Below, piece by piece: positions 7,751 through 15,689 of a stretch of DNA of 64,000 nt. The DNA comes from an uncultured Candidatus Saccharibacteria bacterium (GTDB lineage: Bacteria; Patescibacteriota; Saccharimonadia; Saccharimonadales; JAGQNJ01), in NCBI GenBank assembly GCA_964584895.1, contig CAZPAW010000001.1, positions 109,343-173,342 of the forward strand. The letters are read 5' to 3'. Made by a program: the position numbers and the translations under genes. Below the pieces are notes generated by a model, which saw only the letters and a list, made by a program, of their open reading frames with translations, did not search any database and was not told where the DNA came from. Each line of letters begins with the position of its first letter. The stretch's first letter is position 1.

Positions 7751-8334
7751 TCTACCCCCGTCAGAACAAAATCAAATATTGACAATTGACCACTCTCTGT
7801 ACTTTCTAAACGAAATTCTATGGTAACCGTATACTTATTGTCTTTTGATTTACATTCAAAGGATAATAATATGCGGTTATTTTTATCAACTACACCAGAT
7901 TTCGAAGCAACCGGTTGGCAAGATGATAAATTGAGTTTATTAAACAAAATCATACTTTCGCCGACAAAATCCTCCCTACTAATCCCAGCATTAGGGCTAA
8001 ATAATTCGTAAGCTCCATTCGTGTCGTTAATCCCAGCTTTTTCCATAAAAGCAATCACAGCATTTTTTGCATTTGTGGTATCTACATTACTGTTTGCAGT
8101 ATTACTGCTGTTGCTTGATTTTTTTACATTTTTGTTGGCACCCAGCACCATACCAAAGATCAAAACCCCGATTGTCATAATTACCAAAACAATTATCACG
8201 ATAATCTTTTTATCTAGTGATTTTTTTGAAGGCTCTTGCGACGGATCGTTGACATTACGAATAAAATCTAGATCCGAGTTTGTAATTTGTGGTTTTTGAT
8301 TTTGGGGATTCATGTTTTTGTAATTTTGTAACAA
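7747..8334 (-). CDS. membrane-anchored protein of unknown function, first gene of the pilin-like operon
   Basis: 195 aa with a single TM (IIVIIVLVIMTIGVLIFGMVLG), an Asn/Ser-rich linker and a ~110-aa C-terminal domain. Its stop overlaps the start of paralog 6. The ORF-track start is non-ATG; the ATG at 8313 is an alternative start. Confidence 0.5.
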   Translation of the reverse strand: MLQNYKNMNPQNQKPQITNSDLDFIRNVNDPSQEPSKKSLDKKIIVIIVLVIMTIGVLIFGMVLGANKNVKKSSNSSNTANSNVDTTNAKNAVIAFMEKAGINDTNGAYELFSPNAGISREDFVGESMILFNKLNLSSCQPVASKSGVVDKNNRILLSFECKSKDNKYTVTIEFRLESTESGQLSIFDFVLTGVE

Positions 8335-8379
8335 ACATTACTATTTTGATATAGATGATGGTTTAATTATACCGTAAGC

Positions 8380-9492
8380 ATGATGTCGTTCAAAATAAAC
8401 TCATCTCATTATAAACAGTCAAGAATTTTTATAGTTTTCTGTACTTTTCTGTTTACTCTAATAATGCCAATCGCTAGCGTAGTGTTTCTTACGACTCAAA
8501 ACGTATCAGCACGCGATGCTGAACCCGACGATCCACAAAAAGCCGGTTTAATCGTTCATTTAGTACCGGACGATCCTGATGCAACATTAAGAATCGATCG
8601 TCTGGATGAGCTTGATGGTGTTGAGAGCAGATACGAACTGTCTAGGCATGAAGATCATTACGAAGTAACCGACATAGATATCAAAGGTTGGTGCGAAACC
8701 GGCGGAAACGATATATTCACTCAAGAATTTGCAAAGTTTACTCTCGCAATAACTACAAGTAGAGGTGACGAAATAACAAAAACTGTCGACCTGACCAACA
8801 ACTGTGGTGGAGTAGACGAATTTGATGTCAATATAGAAGACGAGATTGAAAACAAGGTTAAATTAACGTTCGTGCTGTCTTTTTTAGATCCAGAAAATAA
8901 TCTCCAAAAAACACCCTTCCCAAAAACTGATTCCGAGGCCGAACTCGTAAGAGTCTCGGTAACTCCAGAAGGAGGCGGTGACCCAATTATTTTTACACCT
9001 ACTAACGTAACTTCTAACGCAAGAGAATATATGAAACGAATAGATCCGGGTAGATACACCTACGAGCTTTTATATAATTCTAGAATAGATTGTCGTGGAA
9101 GAACCAATATTGTCTTTCTTGATACTGGCGAGCTCAACATGACAACAAATAAACGAGTAGTTCGTACTGTGGGGCCAGCTGATTTTTCTATAGAAGCTTG
9201 CGGAGATGGCTTAGTTTTAACGCCACCAGAGCCGGGACCCGAGGGGCCACAGACGTGTGACGAAAACTTTAAATTTACAGGTGGGTTCTTGGTATGTATC
9301 ATCCTCGGAATAATTGATACTACTGTAGACAATATGGTTGATGCTATAGCTGATATGTTGAGTGTTGGTAGGGCAGAGATTAATGATGATGGGTTGAAGA
9401 CTGCTTGGTCTTACTTTAGGAATATAGCTAGTGTATTGCTTGTGGTTATCGGACTAGTTATGATAATAGGACAAGCAGTAAGTAAGGAATAG
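8380..9492 (+). CDS. T4SS-locus surface protein, paralog A (variable ectodomain, conserved C-terminal membrane module)
   Basis: 370 aa with an N-terminal TM/signal (IFIVFCTFLFTLIMPIASVVFL) and a ~270-aa ectodomain of unrecognised family. The C-terminus reads TCDENFKFTGGFLVCIILGIIDTTVDNMVDAIADMLSVGRAEINDDGLKTAWSYFRNIASVLLVVIGLVMIIGQAVSKE. The last 56 codons are nucleotide-identical to those of 9615..10394. Confidence 0.55.
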   Translation: MMSFKINSSHYKQSRIFIVFCTFLFTLIMPIASVVFLTTQNVSARDAEPDDPQKAGLIVHLVPDDPDATLRIDRLDELDGVESRYELSRHEDHYEVTDIDIKGWCETGGNDIFTQEFAKFTLAITTSRGDEITKTVDLTNNCGGVDEFDVNIEDEIENKVKLTFVLSFLDPENNLQKTPFPKTDSEAELVRVSVTPEGGGDPIIFTPTNVTSNAREYMKRIDPGRYTYELLYNSRIDCRGRTNIVFLDTGELNMTTNKRVVRTVGPADFSIEACGDGLVLTPPEPGPEGPQTCDENFKFTGGFLVCIILGIIDTTVDNMVDAIADMLSVGRAEINDDGLKTAWSYFRNIASVLLVVIGLVMIIGQAVSKE

Positions 9493-9513
9493 TGGATGTT
9501 TGATGCATATACA
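9322..9513 (+). repeat. 192-bp perfect direct repeat, copy 1
   Basis: Base-for-base identical to 10224-10415, compared by eye across all four sequence lines. It covers the last 56 sense codons and stop of 8380..9492, a 3-nt spacer and the first 18 nt (ATGTTTGATGCATATACA) of the VirB6-like gene start. Confidence 0.95.
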
Positions 9514-9582
9514 ACTTATATCATGCACAATACGGTCGACCCCAAAATAAATAAAAATAAATCCACTTTAATTAATACCTAA
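9496..9582 (+). pseudogene. orphan duplicated start of the VirB6-like gene (28-codon stub)
   Basis: The ATG at 9496 lies 902 bp upstream of the genuine start at 10398 and shares the first six codons (MFDAYT). It then diverges and stops at 9580-9582 (MFDAYTTYIMHNTVDPKINKNKSTLINT*). Confidence 0.5.
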
Positions 9583-9614
9583 ATTATGTAACATTCTAAT
9601 ATATACTGTAGAGA

Positions 9615-10394
9615 ATGAAGCTAATGCTTAAATACGAATCTTTGAAACGTTTAATAACTACTTTGCTTTTTGTTGCTCTAATTATTTTCTCCTGTACTCA
9701 ACCTATTTTTGCGCAACAATCTACCATTGACGTTGCGAATAGTGCAAGTTTTCAATTTGTCGTACGAGATGCTACCGAACAAGATATTACAGAAATGAAT
9801 GTAAGAAACATTGCTGGTGTTAATGAAGGAGATGAAATACTTGTAATTGAAATGAAAATTGACGGCAACCTATTTCATACTTTCTACACTAATCCCGTCC
9901 TTGGATCCATAGGTTACATAGGTCTTGGAGCAGATTCTTTTGCAAAGATTACTGATGAGAATTTTGATGATAGGGCTTTCACGTTCACTGCAGCTGGAGG
10001 CGAAACAACAGAGATAGAAGTCACTAATGTAAATCGAGCTAGAGAATTCTTTGGAGATCCTGCTAACGGCGGGGACGATAATAGGCGTGTACCTGGAAAT
10101 GACAATCCGATTCCAGCAGACGACGACAATGCCGACGACGAAGAAAGTGAGCAAACATGTGAAGAAAACTTCGACTTCACAGGCGCCTGGATTGTCTGTA
10201 TGGCTCTAGGCATCATAGATCAGACTGTAGACAATATGGTTGATGCTATAGCTGATATGTTGAGTGTTGGTAGGGCAGAGATTAATGATGATGGGTTGAA
10301 GACTGCTTGGTCTTACTTTAGGAATATAGCTAGTGTATTGCTTGTGGTTATCGGACTAGTTATGATAATAGGACAAGCAGTAAGTAAGGAATAG
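9615..10394 (+). CDS. T4SS-locus surface protein, paralog B (different ectodomain, same C-terminal membrane module)
   Basis: 259 aa with a signal/TM (LITTLLFVALIIFSCTQPIFAQQ), an unrelated ~150-aa ectodomain and an acidic D/N-rich linker. This is followed by TCEENFDFTGAWIVCMALGIIDQTVDNMV... and the same C-terminus as paralog A. Confidence 0.55.
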   Translation: MKLMLKYESLKRLITTLLFVALIIFSCTQPIFAQQSTIDVANSASFQFVVRDATEQDITEMNVRNIAGVNEGDEILVIEMKIDGNLFHTFYTNPVLGSIGYIGLGADSFAKITDENFDDRAFTFTAAGGETTEIEVTNVNRAREFFGDPANGGDDNRRVPGNDNPIPADDDNADDEESEQTCEENFDFTGAWIVCMALGIIDQTVDNMVDAIADMLSVGRAEINDDGLKTAWSYFRNIASVLLVVIGLVMIIGQAVSKE

Positions 10395-10415
10395 TGGATG
10401 TTTGATGCATATACA
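10224..10415 (+). repeat. 192-bp perfect direct repeat, copy 2
   Basis: Identical to 9322-9513. It spans the 3' end of 9615..10394 and the first 18 nt of 10398..12200. Confidence 0.95.
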
Positions 10416-12200
10416 GTAAAGAAGGTGCTTCCCAGACTAGCTATTGCTGTGATTCTGATTCAACTCTCGTGGTTTTTGACCACTGGGGCGATCTTTTTAA
10501 CCAATAAAATCGCTTTTGGTATAGGGGGGTTGATGTATGGCGCATTTGGCGGTACCGAACAATTTGCTTTAGAAGAACTATTATCGAATACATCTGACTC
10601 TAGCATCACAACTATCGGGACTACGGTATTATTTACAGTTGTTGGCACGGCTTTTGGTGGAGGCGTAATCGCCATCGCTGGCTTTATCATCATCGCCGTT
10701 TTAGTCGCTTTTTTAAGTTTGGCGCTACGCCGAGCAATACTAATTATGTTGATACTACTGGCACCAATCGCAATTGTCGCCTGGATATTACCAAACACTG
10801 AGCGCTTCTGGAAAATGTGGTGGGACAACTTTACCAAATTGTTAATAATGTTCCCGATGATTATGGCGATGATTGCTGCAGGGCGCATATTTGCACTAAT
10901 CGGTGGCTCTACGGGTGCTGGAGACATTGTTAAGGTCACAATCGTATTAGCAGGATTTTTCATCCCACTATTACTAATACCAAAAACATTTTCGCTTGCC
11001 GGTAGCGCCTTCGCTGCCATTGGTGGGGCGGTCGCCCAACGTGGTGCCGGAGCCCAAAACTGGGCACAAGGTATGGGCAAAAACCGCCAAAAACAAAAAT
11101 GGGCTGAACGAGGCAAAAACTTCACATCTGGAAATATGAAAGAACGAACGGCCATAGGTCGTAGGGTAAACAGGATTGGTGCAGGCTTGGGAGTAGGCGC
11201 ATCCAATAGGTTTGGTCTTGGCAAAAGAGGTAGAGAAGCTGTTAAGATTAAAAAGCAAGTTGCGGAAGGCGAAGCAGCTAAGAACCCAGAATTACAAACT
11301 ATGATGTTGAATAATGATGATGCGACTGCTTTACTAGGTTTAAGTGGAGGTACAAGCGAAGGGATGAGACAAGCACAAGATGAACTTAGAAATCACTGGT
11401 ACGAACAACAACGGGCCAAGGGTATGTCCCACGCTGATGCCCTAGCGGATGCCGACAGAAGGGTCTCCCAAGCTACGGCCGCCGCTCGTGCTGTAGGTGT
11501 AACAAAAACTAACGCAGCAGCAGCCTTCAATGGTCTTGCGCAAAATAAGGCTCGTTCCCTCGGCGCCGGAGCCAACGGTTTAGTTGCAGCTGGCGCTAGT
11601 AGACTAGCCGACGGTAATGACAGTAAGGCCGCTGAGGCGTTGGGAGCCTTTCAATATCATGCAAGGGGTGCTGGTCGCTTTGATCTGGGCGCTGGGACAG
11701 CAACCGAAGGTGGCGAAAAAGCATCCTTGTATCAACTCGCTAACGCCCAACCATCTACAATACAAGGAATGGGTGAAGAAATTATTGATCGAATGGCGAC
11801 AGGAGACCCCGCCGCCCTAGATCAAGCTGCCGTTTTTAGACAAGAGCTAGATGCCATGATTCCCAACGCTACAGGAGCTACTCGTGATGCACTGATTGCC
11901 CAAAGAGATGCATTAGATGCCCACGGAGCGCCCACAGGTGGTGGTCCTGGAATCCTTCAAACGTACATGCAGACTGCTACTGGAAGAATCGACCCAACAA
12001 CAAGATTACCGGTAACTGTAACATTTGATGAAAAGTATAATTCAGCAAGAGCAGCAGCAGATCCAGCATACGCAGCTACATGGTCAGACCCTATAGACAG
12101 AGCAAGAGGCGTCAGACGAGTTACTAGGGCCGAGACGTGGGCTGATGTTGCTCATGCAAAAGCAAGAACATATAGAGCGCCGGAAGAAGAAAATCGTTAA
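10398..12200 (+). CDS. polytopic membrane protein, TrbL/VirB6-like, with long Ala/Gly/Arg-rich soluble tail
   Basis: 600 aa. The first ~210 aa contain five to six hydrophobic helices, and the remaining ~390 aa are soluble and Ala/Gly/Arg/Gln-rich. Its topology and its position between pilin-like genes and VirB3/VirB4-like genes fit VirB6. No diagnostic motif was seen. Confidence 0.5.
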   Translation: MFDAYTVKKVLPRLAIAVILIQLSWFLTTGAIFLTNKIAFGIGGLMYGAFGGTEQFALEELLSNTSDSSITTIGTTVLFTVVGTAFGGGVIAIAGFIIIAVLVAFLSLALRRAILIMLILLAPIAIVAWILPNTERFWKMWWDNFTKLLIMFPMIMAMIAAGRIFALIGGSTGAGDIVKVTIVLAGFFIPLLLIPKTFSLAGSAFAAIGGAVAQRGAGAQNWAQGMGKNRQKQKWAERGKNFTSGNMKERTAIGRRVNRIGAGLGVGASNRFGLGKRGREAVKIKKQVAEGEAAKNPELQTMMLNNDDATALLGLSGGTSEGMRQAQDELRNHWYEQQRAKGMSHADALADADRRVSQATAAARAVGVTKTNAAAAFNGLAQNKARSLGAGANGLVAAGASRLADGNDSKAAEALGAFQYHARGAGRFDLGAGTATEGGEKASLYQLANAQPSTIQGMGEEIIDRMATGDPAALDQAAVFRQELDAMIPNATGATRDALIAQRDALDAHGAPTGGGPGILQTYMQTATGRIDPTTRLPVTVTFDEKYNSARAAADPAYAATWSDPIDRARGVRRVTRAETWADVAHAKARTYRAPEEENR

Positions 12201-12244
12201 TCCAATTTTGATTTAATAAGGCCCGCTTAATCTAGATCATACTG

Positions 12245-12273
12245 TTGACTATATACAAAGCTTATGCTAATAT
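12245..12273 (+). promoter_or_regulatory. putative promoter giving a leaderless transcript for 12280..13689
   Basis: TTGACT (12245-12250), 17-nt spacer, extended -10 TGcTAATAT (12265-12273). Exactly 6 nt separate it from the ATG at 12280, and there is no Shine-Dalgarno sequence. Confidence 0.45.
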
Positions 12274-12279
12274 ATATTC

Positions 12280-13689
12280 ATGTCAGAACTTCCTCCACAA
12301 CAAACATCGTCAGAACAGCCTACTCCACCGCAAGGACCTCAAGAGGGGCGCCAAACTATTGGCGATAGAATAGATTCTGCGTCTGAATTTACACATGAAG
12401 CAGGCACACAAGTAGTTGAGCGCATAGCAGATATAACATCAACCACTCAAGAATGGGCTCAAGAAAGAGGCGAAGATATTGTTGGTCGTACAGTCAGTGC
12501 CGGTCAAGCCGCTGCCGGTGGTCTACGTAGAATTATAAGCACCGCTAGAGATAAGGTAAGTGAAAAATGGTCGGATATTGGTGACAGGAGAACCGAATCT
12601 AAGCACGATGCCAGCGTTAGGCGCGAATCAACAGCAAAACGAAAAACCGTAGAATCACTAGATAAATCCGAGAAAGATAAACAAAGATCAAGATTTTACC
12701 GACAATTAGGTGGGCTTGTCATCGCCAAAGTAATTGGAGTAGATAAGGTAGAAGCCCAAGGTATTGCTAGTGTTGTGGGTACTGGAAAAGAAAAGACTGT
12801 AGAGCTCGTACCCCCAAGCAGCAAATTTGAAGAATTCATCGAGGATAGAGCCTATAGACGCACAAGAAAGCTTGGCGAGCAACGAGCACACAAAAGTAAA
12901 TCAGGTAAAGGGTCAAATCAAACAGCGGGTATTAAACCATGGTTAAGACAACGAGAAAGACTAGCCCAAGTTAGAGAGCAATATCGCAGTGGCGAAATTA
13001 GTAGAGAAGAGATGGAAAGGAAACAACTTCATATAAGAGCTACCAAATCAAGTGGTTTCGTTACAACAACCAACCGGTATGGCGAAAGAGTCGTGCAACA
13101 AGTCGCAAAACCTGGCACTACACAAAGAAACAGAACCAGGGTAGTCGGAGTTGAAAAATTTGTAACTAAAAAAGTAGGTCAAGCCCTTCAAGAGGCTGGC
13201 AGAATATATAGTCGGGATAGCGACAAAGCACGTGAAAAAGGCCGAAAGCTACGAGAGAAAGGCGCTGAGGCAAAAAGAAAATCTTATCTTCATGCCAAAG
13301 AAGCAAAGGAACGAGCTAAACGTAAAAGAGATAAAGAAATAAGCAAGGTATGGGATGACGCTCATCTAGAAGATAGAGAGCGCTTCCCCGATGAAGACAT
13401 CAGTAAAGTATGGGATGATGCTCATCGTGAAGACGAAAGATTTGATGCAGACCAGGCTAGAAAAAAAGCAGCAGCCAAAGCAAAAATTCCACGCCGAACA
13501 GTTAAAACAAGTCTAAATAAAAGTGCTAAAACTGAACAAAAAATTGATGAAACAGGTTATACGTATGTACAAGATAGCTCTGGTAAAACCCATAAGGTTC
13601 CTATGCCGCCAAAAGGTAGCAATCCTGCAAAGTGGCGTGCTTATGAAAATGAGTTAACTAGAATAAATCCAAACAGAATAATAGTTTAG
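12280..13689 (+). CDS. hyper-charged soluble protein of unknown function within the T4SS-like operon
   Basis: 469 aa with no hydrophobic segment and dominated by K/R/E/D/Q. The motif ISKVWDDAH(L/R)ED occurs twice, 19 residues apart. Confidence 0.55.
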   Translation: MSELPPQQTSSEQPTPPQGPQEGRQTIGDRIDSASEFTHEAGTQVVERIADITSTTQEWAQERGEDIVGRTVSAGQAAAGGLRRIISTARDKVSEKWSDIGDRRTESKHDASVRRESTAKRKTVESLDKSEKDKQRSRFYRQLGGLVIAKVIGVDKVEAQGIASVVGTGKEKTVELVPPSSKFEEFIEDRAYRRTRKLGEQRAHKSKSGKGSNQTAGIKPWLRQRERLAQVREQYRSGEISREEMERKQLHIRATKSSGFVTTTNRYGERVVQQVAKPGTTQRNRTRVVGVEKFVTKKVGQALQEAGRIYSRDSDKAREKGRKLREKGAEAKRKSYLHAKEAKERAKRKRDKEISKVWDDAHLEDRERFPDEDISKVWDDAHREDERFDADQARKKAAAKAKIPRRTVKTSLNKSAKTEQKIDETGYTYVQDSSGKTHKVPMPPKGSNPAKWRAYENELTRINPNRIIV

Positions 13690-13718
13690 TACATTCCCTT
13701 TGAAAGATAGTGCTTTTA

Positions 13719-13748
13719 TCGACATTTTTATTCCGCTTTTGCTAATAT
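13719..13748 (+). promoter_or_regulatory. putative promoter giving a leaderless transcript for the PrgI/VirB3-like gene
   Basis: TCGACA (13719-13724), 18-nt spacer, extended -10 TGcTAATAT (13740-13748), then 6 nt to the ATG at 13755. The geometry matches the promoter at 12245-12273. Confidence 0.4.
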
Positions 13749-13754
13749 GTAAGT

Positions 13755-14660
13755 ATGTCAGAGTATAAAGTAATTCAGGATATCGAGGCCGAAGACAAAC
13801 TTCTAGGTCCACTTACTCTGCGTCAATTCATATATGCGTCGATTGTTGTAGCAATCGGAGCGATTGGTTTCTTTTTTATAAGTAACGACGTCTGGTTTCT
13901 TGCTATCCCACTTATTCCGCCATTCATATTTTTTGGTCTTCTTGCCGCACCATTTGGACGCGACCAATCATCAGAGATCTGGCTACTGGGAAAAGTGCGG
14001 TATATGATTTTTTCTAAAAAGCGTATTTGGGATCAAGAGGGAATCGAACACCTGGTAACAATCACGGTGCCAAAAAAAGTTGAAAAACATTATTCTGATG
14101 GGTTAAGTGGGTCAGAAGTAAAAAGTCGACTAAAAACGCTTGCAAATACCATGGATACACGTGGCTGGATAGTAAAAAATGTAACGCCTGGAAATAGGAG
14201 TTTTGTAAATCAAGATAATCCAGATAGACTACTTGAAATCCAAAAAACTCCAGAAGACGAAGCATTAGCAACAATCAAACCAGCTTCTGACGTACTAAAT
14301 ACATCTGTCGTCAACCCAATTGCTGCAAATTTGTCTAGTATGGTCGACGAAGCCGAACTGCAACATCGACAAGAATTATTGGCGAATATGCGCGATATTG
14401 CCGACCAATACAACAACGCCCCAGCAAAACCTCCAGCAAAAATCACGACAGCCAGACCTAGTCCAATCATCACGCCAACTGCAAAGTTGCCTAAAAACAC
14501 GCCAATTACTCAACCAAAACCAGCAATGACACCACCCCCCAATCCTGTTATAATTGACGGTGTTAATAAGCGTAAGCTTTCTTCAGAGATTGATATAAAA
14601 CAAAAATCCGAAGAAAGTGACGGTAATAGCAATGAGGAAGTTGTCATATCTCTTCATTAG
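13755..14660 (+). CDS. PrgI/VirB3-like T4SS membrane protein with Pro-rich C-terminal extension
   Basis: 301 aa. The N-terminus reads IQDIEAEDKLLGPLTLRQFIYASIVVAIGAIGFFF... followed by a second helix; an LTxRQ motif plus a two-helix hairpin is typical of PrgI-family VirB3 analogues. It lies just upstream of VirB4. The C-terminal part is Pro/Thr/Lys-rich. Confidence 0.6.
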   Translation: MSEYKVIQDIEAEDKLLGPLTLRQFIYASIVVAIGAIGFFFISNDVWFLAIPLIPPFIFFGLLAAPFGRDQSSEIWLLGKVRYMIFSKKRIWDQEGIEHLVTITVPKKVEKHYSDGLSGSEVKSRLKTLANTMDTRGWIVKNVTPGNRSFVNQDNPDRLLEIQKTPEDEALATIKPASDVLNTSVVNPIAANLSSMVDEAELQHRQELLANMRDIADQYNNAPAKPPAKITTARPSPIITPTAKLPKNTPITQPKPAMTPPPNPVIIDGVNKRKLSSEIDIKQKSEESDGNSNEEVVISLH

Positions 14661-14803
14661 TAACACCGTAATCGCCTATTGGTGGGCCCGCTAATGAATC
14701 CTGAAAAAACTCAATATTATTTACACACTAGACAAAATACTATCAACAGTATTGATCGTTGCGCGCCTTACCACAGTCAAAAAATAAAAGAGATTACCGC
14801 GGG

Positions 14804-15688
14804 ATGAACCCTAACTCAAATCAACAACCAACCCAGCAACAACCGCCACAACCGGCTCCACAACCACAGGCCGTTACGGTACCGCCTGCTCAAAATAATC
14901 AACCGCAACCACCACAACAGCAGCAACAATCAACCCAACAGCCGACTAAACCAAAAATTAACCCCGCTAGCACTCAAAACATGCTTCAGATTGCAGAGAT
15001 CAGGGACGGCATTGTCATCATGAATGATGGTTCATTTAGGTGCGTAGTTATGGCAAAAAGTATCAACTTTGATCTGATGAGCCCACAAGAGCAAGAAGCA
15101 GTCGAGGCTGGTTATCAAGCATTTCTAAACTCGCTATATTTTGATATTCAGATTTTTATTCGATCACAAAAAGTTGATATTAGACCTTATTTGGATAAAC
15201 TGGCGAAAACTAGAAGCGAAGAAGACAACATGTTGCTGGGATTGCTAATGGATGATTATATTGATTTTATAACTGACTTATCCACAGAATCAAACATCAT
15301 GGATAAATATTTTTATATTGTCATACCCTTCTTTTCTAATGTATCTGTTAAACGAGCAATTACCCAAAGTAAAACTTTCTTTACAGGTTTGTCAGGAATA
15401 TTTAACAGATCAAAAGAGCCTCATGTAACCGTTACAGAACAAGTATTGGCCGAGGCAAAGGACGAACTCCGCAACAGAGTGCAGGCTGTTGTTGGAGGAT
15501 TAGAGCAGTGTGGCGTTAAAGGTGTGCCGTTGGATACCCAAGAATTAATCGAACTGTACTATGACTTTTATAATCCTGATACCGCAACTAGACAGCAATT
15601 ACATAATTTTGACGATGTGTCTGCGCCGGTAATAACAAAAGGTCAAGGTCAGGCCCCAAAACCTAGCATAGATCAGGGGGTAATGTAG
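14804..15688 (+). CDS. Gln/Pro-rich protein with VirB4-N-terminal-like domain
   Basis: The ATG at 14804 is preferred over the ORF-track TTG at 14759. A ~70-aa Q/P-rich region precedes LQIAEIRDGIVIMNDGSFRCVVMAKSINFDLMSPQEQEAVEAGYQAFLNSLYFDIQIFIRSQKVD. This resembles my recollection of the start of Gram-positive VirB4/TrsE-type proteins. The stop lies 1 nt before the VirB4 ATG. Confidence 0.45.
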   Translation: MNPNSNQQPTQQQPPQPAPQPQAVTVPPAQNNQPQPPQQQQQSTQQPTKPKINPASTQNMLQIAEIRDGIVIMNDGSFRCVVMAKSINFDLMSPQEQEAVEAGYQAFLNSLYFDIQIFIRSQKVDIRPYLDKLAKTRSEEDNMLLGLLMDDYIDFITDLSTESNIMDKYFYIVIPFFSNVSVKRAITQSKTFFTGLSGIFNRSKEPHVTVTEQVLAEAKDELRNRVQAVVGGLEQCGVKGVPLDTQELIELYYDFYNPDTATRQQLHNFDDVSAPVITKGQGQAPKPSIDQGVM

Positions 15689-15689
15689 T

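Noticed and set aside
9322-10415. The repeat pair as a CRISPR array or IS element ends.
   Set aside because: There are only two copies, 192 bp long, in direct orientation and lying inside coding sequence. There are no short regularly spaced repeats, no transposase and no inverted termini anywhere in the window.
10460-11575. Long antisense ORFs (10460..11224 at 254 aa, 10974..11258, 11393..11575) opposite the VirB6-like gene.
   Set aside because: Their translations are Pro/Ala/Ser-rich mirror images typical of the antisense frame of a locally GC-richer gene. They have no start context. The sense ORF has coherent membrane topology and operon coupling.
13339-13425. Internal repeat in the charged protein gene as a contingency or tandem-repeat locus.
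   Set aside because: There are only two diverged copies of a ~27-nt core, separated by unrelated codons. There is no homopolymer or short-unit tract that would support slippage.
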